Source: Candidatus Caenarcanales bacterium
GTDB taxonomy: Bacteria > Cyanobacteriota > Vampirovibrionia > Caenarcaniphilales > Caenarcanaceae
Reading direction: 5' to 3'
NCBI GenBank assembly: GCA_033761855.1
Contig: JANRMG010000023.1
Span: 1 to 32,338, forward strand
Length of the DNA stretch: 32,338 nucleotides
Shown: positions 9,613 to 17,460 of the stretch, one piece after another
How positions within the stretch are numbered: the first letter of the stretch is position 1
How the letters are laid out: each line of letters opens with the position of its first letter
Made by a program: the position numbers and the translations under genes
Notes under the pieces: generated by a model
The model's database searches: none
What the model was told of the DNA's origin: nothing
Seen by the model: the letters and a program-made list of their open reading frames with translations, nothing else

Positions 9613-10263
9613 ATGAGTACAAAAGCGCATAGAGCAGTTATTTTCAAAAAAGATTTAACTCCCGAAAGATTGAATCAACACCTTACCTCGGGAGCCTATC
9701 TTGCTGTTGATTGCGAGATGATGGGTCTCAAGCCTCCAAGAGACAGACTTTGCCTAGTTCAAATGTGTGATGAAGCTGGCAATGTTTCTTTGGTACAAAT
9801 CGCTCCAGAGCAACAAGAAGCTCCAAATTTAAAACAACTTTTAGAATCCGATAAAATCACCAAAATATTTCACTTTGCTCGTGCGGACCTGGCTTTCTTG
9901 AGATTTCAACTTGGTATTCTTGTTCAGCCAGTTTTTTGTACAAAAGTTGCCAGCAAGCTCGCCAGAACCTATACAGAAAGACATGGTCTTCGTGAGTTGG
10001 CCCGTGAATTCATTGGAGTCGATTTAAACAAGAACCAACAATCGAGTGATTGGGGGCGAGATAAACTTAGTGATGAGCAGATCGAATATGCATCTAATGA
10101 TGTTCTTTTCTTAAATGAACTGAAGAACATCTTGATAACTATGCTTGAAAGAGAAGAAAGGCTTGATCTTGCCTACAAATGTTTTGAGACATTGCCTCTG
10201 ATGGTTGAACTGGACTTGTTAAATTACGATTTTGTCTTTGAACATAACACTCCAAAATCTTGA
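9613..10263 (+). CDS. DEDDy 3'-5' exonuclease, NrnC (nano-RNase C)/RNase D-like, without HRDC domains
   Basis: LAVDCEMMGLKPPRDRLCLVQ, KIFHFARAD, FCTKVASKLARTYTERHGL, QSSDWG, QIEYASNDV. Confidence 0.9.
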   Translation: MSTKAHRAVIFKKDLTPERLNQHLTSGAYLAVDCEMMGLKPPRDRLCLVQMCDEAGNVSLVQIAPEQQEAPNLKQLLESDKITKIFHFARADLAFLRFQLGILVQPVFCTKVASKLARTYTERHGLRELAREFIGVDLNKNQQSSDWGRDKLSDEQIEYASNDVLFLNELKNILITMLEREERLDLAYKCFETLPLMVELDLLNYDFVFEHNTPKS

Positions 10264-11065
10264 GGCAAAAGCATTGAATTCCAAGGAATTTGATAAATTA
10301 CTTTCCTTTTTGAAAGATTTTTTGTCCTCTCAAAAGCCTGATTTGGCAATCATTTTGGGTTCTGGAATTAGTTTTGATTTGCCTCTAAGTTCTGCTCAAT
10401 CGATTAGCTATCAGGATCTGCCAGGCATGCCACAAACCTCGGTAAAAGGCCACAAGGGTAAATTGGTTTTTGGAAAAACTGCCTCCGGCAAAAAGATTCT
10501 TATCTTTTCTGGGCGTTACCATCTTTATGAAGGCTTGGGATGCGAAGAGGTTCAGCTTCCGGTAAAAATTATTCACTCTTTGGGTTGTAAAAATATCTTG
10601 CTCACAAACTCGGCCGGAGGAATTCAGTCGGAGCTTAAAGTAGCTGACTTGATGATTATTGAGGCAATCAAAGATTATCAAAACGACGGCAAGTTAAATA
10701 ATCCAAGAGGCCTTTTAGATTGTTTAGAAAAATCTTCACTAAAGCTGGACACTAAACTCACTCAAGAAATTCTCATAGACTCTTCTTTAAAAACGGGAGC
10801 CTATGCTGCCGTTCTGGGACCCAATTATGAAACGTTGTCTGAAATTAGTCTTTTTAAATACCAAGACTGTTCGGCCGTTGGAATGTCCACTTATTTGGAA
10901 GCCAAATTTGCTCTCGAAAAGTCTTTAAACGTAGCGGCAGTCTCGGTGATTACAAACATCTGGAATGATGACAGTAAACCAACTCATAAAGAAGTATTAG
11001 AAAACTCTTCTAAAGCTAAGGTAAAGATGAATCGACTTTTTGAAAGAATTGTGTCTTTAATTTAA
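10232..11065 (+). CDS. Purine nucleoside phosphorylase (trimeric PNP/XapA type); start codon uncertain
   Basis: IILGSG, VKGHKG, GRYHLYEG, LTNSAGG, GPNYET, AVGMST, SVITN. Confidence 0.9.
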   Translation: MSLNITLQNLEAKALNSKEFDKLLSFLKDFLSSQKPDLAIILGSGISFDLPLSSAQSISYQDLPGMPQTSVKGHKGKLVFGKTASGKKILIFSGRYHLYEGLGCEEVQLPVKIIHSLGCKNILLTNSAGGIQSELKVADLMIIEAIKDYQNDGKLNNPRGLLDCLEKSSLKLDTKLTQEILIDSSLKTGAYAAVLGPNYETLSEISLFKYQDCSAVGMSTYLEAKFALEKSLNVAAVSVITNIWNDDSKPTHKEVLENSSKAKVKMNRLFERIVSLI

Positions 11066-11071
11066 GAAGTT

Positions 11072-11881
11072 TTAAGCTTTTTGCCCTACAAAGCATCTGT
11101 GAATACCTTCTATCAGTTCATCCATTGTTAGATAGCGTTGTTTAACCAATCCCATGAAACCATATTTATTCTTTGCAGTGGCTTTCTTGATCAAATCTGC
11201 TGTTCTGGGGCTTACGCTAGGGTTGTCTAAACGAGGATCGGCTGCCGGTGAAGGTTGATCCTTTAGGGTTAGCATTTTGTACATGGTTGCGCCAAGGCTG
11301 TATACATCGCAGCTAGCATCCAAAATTCCATTCATTTGCTCTGGTGCGGAATAGTTTTCTCTTAAACCTACTGCTTCAAAACCGGCTCTGGCAATACCAA
11401 AGTCAATTAGTACTAATTCTTGATTTGGAGTTATTACAATATTATCTGGTGCAATATCAGCATGAAAAATTGGACTGGGTCTGTCATGTAAAAATCTCAA
11501 AACATGGGCGAGCTTGAGACCCCAGGTTAGGACTTTAATCTCATCAATTGGTTTTGTCTGTTTGCGGATGAAGTCTTTCATATTCTCGCCCGCAATATAA
11601 TTCATTATTACAAAGAAAACACCGTTGTCCCAAAAGTAATCCAGAACCTGCACAATATTGGGGTGGTAAAGGCCACCGAAGAGTTGATAATCCTTTTCAA
11701 TTCCATAAAGCTCATCAGGTCCTAAATACATCTGCTTCATAACACAGATTTGGTTGTTATTTAAAGAATCCTGGACTAGGTAAATATAACCCTCTCCTCC
11801 GCGCGACAGGAGGCGGATAATACGATATCTACCGTTTACAACTTGGAAGTTATCTAATAAAAGACTTTGATGAAGTTGCAT
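11072..11881 (-). CDS. Stand-alone Hanks-type Ser/Thr protein kinase domain
   Basis: SRGGEGYIY Gly loop, VMK, HPNIV, HADIAPDN, LIDFG, YSAPE, DVYSLG. Confidence 0.9.
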   Translation of the reverse strand: MQLHQSLLLDNFQVVNGRYRIIRLLSRGGEGYIYLVQDSLNNNQICVMKQMYLGPDELYGIEKDYQLFGGLYHPNIVQVLDYFWDNGVFFVIMNYIAGENMKDFIRKQTKPIDEIKVLTWGLKLAHVLRFLHDRPSPIFHADIAPDNIVITPNQELVLIDFGIARAGFEAVGLRENYSAPEQMNGILDASCDVYSLGATMYKMLTLKDQPSPAADPRLDNPSVSPRTADLIKKATAKNKYGFMGLVKQRYLTMDELIEGIHRCFVGQKA

Positions 11882-12041
11882 TTATTTTAGGTTGTTAAAT
11901 ACATGTCCTAGTGTAATTTACCAAAGGAAATATGGTGAGTAACAAGATTTGGACTTTTAGGGAATAACCTGTACCTCGCTGATGACTCTGGGGCTTGGTT
12001 TTAGGAATTAGTTAATTTGTATCTCATCTTTAGACTTGAAA

Positions 12042-12965
12042 TTAGAGTTCAAACGATTTGTTGATCAAATAAAGTTGTTCTTCCTTTTTGCTCTCTGCGT
12101 TTAGCCATTGAATTTTGCTATTCGCTCTAAACCAAGTATCTTGTCTCTTCGCATATTGTCGCGTTGCAATTGAAATTAGTTCGCTGAGATCTGTTTTGCT
12201 TTTAATATTTCCTTTTAAATACTCGATGGATTCCTTGTATCCAATTGTTTTATTAAACAGTTCAAGTTCTCCATATTCATTTAGAAGTGCTTCTGTTTCT
12301 TCGATTAGTCCATTATCTACCATTTGATGAGTTCTTTCAGTGATATTTTGTCTTAGTTTTTCACGAGATTCATACTGCAAGCCAATCCAAACCAATTCAA
12401 AGTTATCTTTTAGAGCTTGATTTGCAAGATATTGATTAGTTTCTTTTTTGGGAGAAGATTCTATTTCAAGCGCTCTTATGATTCGGTAGCGATCATTTGG
12501 ATGCATCTTCCATTTGCCTTTTAAATCTATTGACTTGAGTTCTTGGTAGAGTTCTTCAGTAGATTTTTTCTGTAAAGTTTCCCTGAATGAGAGATCTGTT
12601 TCAAACTCGTTAATTTCAAGATCTCCAACCAATCCTTTAAGATAAAAGCCCGTGCCTCCTACGATTATTGGAAGCTTGCCTCTGGTACTAATATCAAGAA
12701 TTAAAGGAGTAGCTTTTTCTATAAAATTTATAAGCGAGAACTTTTGGTTCGCCTCTACCAAATCTATCATGTGGTGAGGAATCTTTAGTCTTTCTTCAAT
12801 CGTTGGCTTTGCGGTTCCAATATCCATCATTTTGTATATCAGCCTTGAATCAGAGGAAACAATCTCGGCCGCCAATGTTTCCGCAAGGACTAAAGACAAA
12901 GAGCTTTTGCCAGTGGCAGTTGCTCCTACAAGGATGAGGATTTTAGGTTTTTGCAGCTTAGCCAA
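12042..12965 (-). CDS. miaA: tRNA (adenosine(37)-N6)-dimethylallyltransferase
   Basis: GATATGKS, SSDSRLIY, MDIGTAKP, PHHMID, VGGTGFY, HPNDRYRIIRALE, IGYKE, TRQYAKRQDTWFR. Confidence 0.96.
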   Translation of the reverse strand: MAKLQKPKILILVGATATGKSSLSLVLAETLAAEIVSSDSRLIYKMMDIGTAKPTIEERLKIPHHMIDLVEANQKFSLINFIEKATPLILDISTRGKLPIIVGGTGFYLKGLVGDLEINEFETDLSFRETLQKKSTEELYQELKSIDLKGKWKMHPNDRYRIIRALEIESSPKKETNQYLANQALKDNFELVWIGLQYESREKLRQNITERTHQMVDNGLIEETEALLNEYGELELFNKTIGYKESIEYLKGNIKSKTDLSELISIATRQYAKRQDTWFRANSKIQWLNAESKKEEQLYLINKSFEL

Positions 12966-12980
12966 TTTTATTTTTGCCTT

Positions 12981-13670
12981 TTATTTTTCAACTCTTATTT
13001 TTTTATTAGGTAAAAGCTTTTGCTGAAGCGATGAGGCTTGTATTTTTCTTAGAAACTTTGCTCTGTGCATTTCGGTTGGGCCATGCTTGAGAATTGCTTG
13101 AACATGAACCTTAGTTCCATATCCAGCATTTGAATGCCAATTATAAGGCTTGTACTCCTTAAACTCTTCTGCGAGGTCAGCCATAAATTTGTCTCTGGCA
13201 GTTTTAGCAATTATAGAGGCAGCCGCAATATGGAAAGAGCTTGCATCTCCCTTTTTGATGGTAATTTGTTTATGTTTAAGCGTCTTTATTTTGCTGATTC
13301 CATCGACTAAGACAAGAAATTCTTTTTTATTTTCTTTTTTTGTAATTTCTTCAATGGCTCTGTGCATGGCAAGTAAAGTTGCATTCAAAATCCCAACTTG
13401 TTCTATTTCTTTCACCGAAGCTTGTCCCAGGGAGTAAAAAGAGTTTAGCTTAATTAATTTACAAAGCTCTTCACGCTTGCGAGGGGTTAACTTTTTGGAG
13501 TCGTTGATTTCCTCTGTCCAGGGATCACTTAGCGCTTTTAAATTACTAAAATATACAGCTCCAGCGTAAACGGGGCCAGCTAAACAACCTCTTCCAACCT
13601 CGTCAACACCAATTAGGTTTTTGGAAGGTAAGGCCAAATCGTAGAGGATTAGAGGAGAGAAAGTATTCAT
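12981..13670 (-). CDS. rnhB: Ribonuclease HII; ATG at 13670 preferred over 13718
   Basis: IGVDEVGRGCLAGPV, INDSKKLT, LVDG, KGD, IAAASIIAK, NAGYGT. Confidence 0.95.
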   Translation of the reverse strand: MNTFSPLILYDLALPSKNLIGVDEVGRGCLAGPVYAGAVYFSNLKALSDPWTEEINDSKKLTPRKREELCKLIKLNSFYSLGQASVKEIEQVGILNATLLAMHRAIEEITKKENKKEFLVLVDGISKIKTLKHKQITIKKGDASSFHIAAASIIAKTARDKFMADLAEEFKEYKPYNWHSNAGYGTKVHVQAILKHGPTEMHRAKFLRKIQASSLQQKLLPNKKIRVEK

Positions 13671-13874
13671 TAGCAATAATTTAAATCTTTTGTATTTAAA
13701 AAACCAGTCAAGAACCATTAAAAAGCTTAAAACGCTCTAAATAAAATAGTGAAAACGAGCAGCAATTGGGTTTTCTCCCCACGATCCCGTTTATTAAGTA
13801 TTAGCTTTAGGCAAATGAAAATTAAAAGCAGTGATTTCCTTGAATAAAGTTTTTTAGGAAGAAAGGGACAATAA

Positions 13875-14648
13875 ATGTTCATCAATAGCCAAGGCGGAAA
13901 CTTAAATTCTGGCAATAGTAAAGTTAATCTACAAGCAGATGCAAGAAATAATTCCCAACAACAACAGGGAATTAAAAATAGTTACATAAAAGGGGGGGAT
14001 ATTGCTCAAGGTGAAGGCCCCTTTAATGCTGCAAATGCTGCAAATAGTTTATTAAGTAGAGCTTCAACACCAGATACTTTTAATGCAGGTCAACATGCTG
14101 CAGGAAATCAAAGTAATTTCTTTTCTGGGACTGGTATAAGCCTTCAGGAAACTGCAACAGTTATTAATCAACAGCAACAGTTTATGGAATTAAAAGTTGC
14201 AAGCGCAGGGATTATTGAAGTGAAATCACCACCACCAAGACCAAACCCTCCACCTGTTAACCCAACACCCGCGCCTCCTCCTTATAATCCACCTCCATCA
14301 CCCCCTCCAATTGCTCCACCTCCAGTGGCGCCCCCACCTGCGGTACCTCCAACTCCTCCACTACCTCCACCTTACGCTCCAGAAGGTTACCCTTGTATAA
14401 ATGATGAAGGTTTAGAAGTTGGCTACAAGCTTATGTCTGATACCCGCATCATTTATTACAACCAGGGTGGACAAAACCTCTACTTCTCGGATGATCAATT
14501 CGCAAATGCTACTGGATACAATATGACTCTTCAGCAAGCTCATCAGCAAGGTTTATGTACTCCATTGCCGGTTGACGCTTCTGGACATCCAATTCTGGGC
14601 GGTACACCACATCCTGCAGTAGAGGGTGTTGACTACACTTATGGTTAG
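13875..14648 (+). CDS. Proline-rich hypothetical protein (N/Q-rich N-terminus, polyproline middle, small C-terminal domain)
   Basis: 257-aa ORF with an approximately 50-aa polyproline tract containing PPPY twice. No signal peptide visible. Confidence 0.75.
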   Translation: MFINSQGGNLNSGNSKVNLQADARNNSQQQQGIKNSYIKGGDIAQGEGPFNAANAANSLLSRASTPDTFNAGQHAAGNQSNFFSGTGISLQETATVINQQQQFMELKVASAGIIEVKSPPPRPNPPPVNPTPAPPPYNPPPSPPPIAPPPVAPPPAVPPTPPLPPPYAPEGYPCINDEGLEVGYKLMSDTRIIYYNQGGQNLYFSDDQFANATGYNMTLQQAHQQGLCTPLPVDASGHPILGGTPHPAVEGVDYTYG

Positions 14649-14666
14649 TTTTGAGTAGATAAAGTC

Positions 14667-15788
14667 TTAAGCGCCTTCGAAAGAAGCTAAGACAACAAGG
14701 TCATCTCTGTGAATTGCGCTGCTTCCATAGGAGTAGCCGAGGATGGATTCAATTTCGTCCGAGAGATGGCCTTTTATTTTTTTAATATCCTCATTGCGGT
14801 ATTTGGTTATTCCAACCGCTACAACGTGGATTTGACCTTCACCTTCAAATACAATTTCGATTGCAGCACCTCTTCCAAATTTGCCTGTCACTCTTTTTAT
14901 TCCAACAGGCAAAAGACTTTTACCTTTTCTTAGAGCTTTTAGGGCTCCTTCATCGATGAAGACTTTTCCTTTGGGGGGTGCTCCAAAAGCAATCCAGGCT
15001 TTTCGGGCATCAATCGGGTTGCTGCGAGGGAGAAAAGTTGTTCCGCAATTTTTGCCATCTAAAATATCTAATATCATAGTCGGCTTTTGCCCGGACATTA
15101 CATGCACCGTTGTTCCGAAGGAAGTGGCCATTTTGGCGGCTTGAATCTTTGAGGCCATGCCTCCGGTTCCCCATTTAGATCCTGAACTGCTGGCTTTAGC
15201 TTCGATTTCAAAATCGACTTCTTCAACAATCTCAATTAATTTAGCGTTTGGGTTTACCCTTGGGTCCTCGGTGAAGAGTCCTTCAATGTCGGTAAGAATA
15301 AACAAATGTTCTGCTGCCACAAGTTCAGAAACCACAGCCGACAAACTATCATTATCACCGAACTTGAGCTCTTCATCAGCCACAGCATCATTTTCATTTA
15401 TGATTGGAACAACGCCCAATTTCAGAAGCTCGCGAAGGGTTAAACGAGCATTTAGATATCTCTCTTTGTCCTGCATTCCTCCTTTGGTAAGCAAAACTTG
15501 GCCAATCACCTGATTGTATTTTTCAAAGTAATCTTGATAAACATTCGTTAAAAGATTTTGCCCAACTGAAGCGGCCGCTTGTTTGGTAACTATGCTCTTG
15601 GGTTTTTCTTTGAATCCCAACTGTTTGCAGCCCAAACCAACCGCTCCCGAGCTAAATAAGACAATTTGATGTCCTCTTTTTTTGAGTTCACCAATTACAT
15701 CCACTATTTGTTCAACAAGTCTAGAATTGATTCCTAAAGGATCATCTCCTGTAATTGAGCTGGTGCCTATTTTTATAACTATTTTCAT
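14667..15788 (-). CDS. proB: Glutamate 5-kinase with PUA domain
   Basis: VIKIGTSS, SSGAV, QAAASVGQ, PIINEND, FGDNDSLSA, GTGGMASK, SLLPVGI, IHRDDL. Confidence 0.97.
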   Translation of the reverse strand: MKIVIKIGTSSITGDDPLGINSRLVEQIVDVIGELKKRGHQIVLFSSGAVGLGCKQLGFKEKPKSIVTKQAAASVGQNLLTNVYQDYFEKYNQVIGQVLLTKGGMQDKERYLNARLTLRELLKLGVVPIINENDAVADEELKFGDNDSLSAVVSELVAAEHLFILTDIEGLFTEDPRVNPNAKLIEIVEEVDFEIEAKASSSGSKWGTGGMASKIQAAKMATSFGTTVHVMSGQKPTMILDILDGKNCGTTFLPRSNPIDARKAWIAFGAPPKGKVFIDEGALKALRKGKSLLPVGIKRVTGKFGRGAAIEIVFEGEGQIHVVAVGITKYRNEDIKKIKGHLSDEIESILGYSYGSSAIHRDDLVVLASFEGA

Positions 15789-16057
15789 TAATCGAGGCGA
15801 GAGAGAAAGTAATTCTAGTCTGAAATTAATTAATTAGATAAATTAATTGCGGTTAGCTTTATTTATGAATTTGTAATTTCCTGATTAGAATTCTAGAAAA
15901 TGAAGTAACTTTGAGCCAGTGGTTTATAATCATTTAAAATTCATTACACAAGTGAAAATTTCAGACATTTACGAATTTTGACACTTAACGAATTTTCTTA
16001 TAGTTCTTTTTTCCAAAGTTTTTAAAATTTCCTCACATTTTGCTTTAAGGTGCCAAT

Positions 16058-16885
16058 ATGCCAGAATCACAGAACAATGTTTTGTTAACCTACTTTATTG
16101 AATTCTTCGTACAGGACTGGTTCGCTTCAATTCCAATTGCTTTTTGCGGAATTATTACGCTTGCAGTTGCTATTGATAGAGCAATCTATTATTCCCGCAA
16201 CCAAAGAGATTTGGGGAGCTTTATCCGCAGAATTCAGATTGATCTGGAACAGGGAAATATTGATAATGCAATAAATCTTTCTAAGCAGGTTGGCGGCTTA
16301 ATTGGTTTGATGACCGAAGAAGGCCTCAGGCTTATGAAGCATCATACAAAAAATTTCTCTAGTGCATTTGACATTTCTGCAAGTTTATATGTACGTGACC
16401 TTGAGAAGCGACTTCCAGCACTGGCAACCATTGGGGCTACAGCACCTTTTTTAGGTCTCTTTGGAACAGTAGTAGGAGTTATTGTTACTCTTAAAATTCT
16501 TGGGGAAAGCGGCGGACAGAGCCAAGCAGTGGTAATTGGCGTAGCCAAAGCCTTGATTGCAACTGGTTTTGGTTTGATTGTGGCAATTTTTGCAGTAATT
16601 TTAAACAACTGGTTCAACAGTATGGTTAGAAGCTTTGAAAATGACTTCCAAGTAATCAAACTTACTATTCTCGACTTTATTAATTCACAGGCAACTTATT
16701 CTACAAGCCAAGAAGCTTTGGCAACAGGGAATCCCTCTTCGGCTCAATATTATGCATCCACAGCTCCTCAGCAGAATAATCCTCAACCTAATATCAAGCA
16801 GTCTTATGTTAGACCTCAAGCGAGAGTTGTTCCTAACCCTCAGCAAGAGGGTGGAAGCCAGTTTAATTCACCAGAATATTACTAG
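16058..16885 (+). CDS. MotA/TolQ/ExbB proton-channel family protein with a Gln/Pro-rich C-terminal tail
   Basis: LATIGATAPFLGLFGTVVG and ALIATGFGLIVAI; three hydrophobic segments; directly upstream of an ExbD homolog. Confidence 0.92.
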   Translation: MPESQNNVLLTYFIEFFVQDWFASIPIAFCGIITLAVAIDRAIYYSRNQRDLGSFIRRIQIDLEQGNIDNAINLSKQVGGLIGLMTEEGLRLMKHHTKNFSSAFDISASLYVRDLEKRLPALATIGATAPFLGLFGTVVGVIVTLKILGESGGQSQAVVIGVAKALIATGFGLIVAIFAVILNNWFNSMVRSFENDFQVIKLTILDFINSQATYSTSQEALATGNPSSAQYYASTAPQQNNPQPNIKQSYVRPQARVVPNPQQEGGSQFNSPEYY

Positions 16886-16931
16886 AAATCACTTAAACAC
16901 TTTACCTATACTTTAAATTTCAGGAGATCAA

Positions 16932-17456
16932 ATGGCATTATCAGGTGGCGGAAAAGGAAGACAAACATTCAACGAGATAAACATTACTCCGTTGACGGAT
17001 GTATTCTTGGTTTTGCTGGTTATTATGTTTTTGATTGCTCCTTTGCTCGACAATAAAGCTGCTTTAAAGGTTGATCCTCCAGCGGCTGAAAGCGCCAAGA
17101 GCACCGATGTATCAAAGCTTAAATCGATTTTGATAGAAGTAACCAAAGATGGAACCATCGCTATAGACGGACAAGTGGTGGCCGAAGCAGATGTTCCGGT
17201 GGAGCAAGTCCAATCCAAGGTTTATGAAACTCTTAAGAAAACTGCTGATTCAATTACCGGAGGAGCCAATCCTCAAGCGGCAGCACCCGAAGGAGAGGTA
17301 GCTTCTGCTGGCGCTGAAAAGCCACTTGTAAAGCTTAAAGCTGACAATAAAGTTGATTACGGCAGAGTTGTTGCGGTATTAGATGCCATTAATAAAGCAC
17401 AGTTAGGCAAGTTGAGTTTGGTAACTACCGTTCCTGCGGGACAGGTTGGGCAGTAG
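16932..17456 (+). CDS. ExbD/TolR family biopolymer transport protein
   Basis: EINITPLTDVFLVLLVIM (conserved TM Asp), KADNKVDYGRVVAVLD; AGGAG ribosome-binding site upstream. Confidence 0.92.
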   Translation: MALSGGGKGRQTFNEINITPLTDVFLVLLVIMFLIAPLLDNKAALKVDPPAAESAKSTDVSKLKSILIEVTKDGTIAIDGQVVAEADVPVEQVQSKVYETLKKTADSITGGANPQAAAPEGEVASAGAEKPLVKLKADNKVDYGRVVAVLDAINKAQLGKLSLVTTVPAGQVGQ

Positions 17457-17460
17457 GTTG

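Noticed and set aside
15918-15936. Possible Fur box upstream of the exbB-like gene
   Set aside because: Only about 11/19 match to GATAATGATAATCATTATC in very AT-rich DNA.
15978-16004. TTGACA...TATAGT promoter upstream of the exbB-like gene
   Set aside because: The spacer is only 15 nt, too short to call with confidence.
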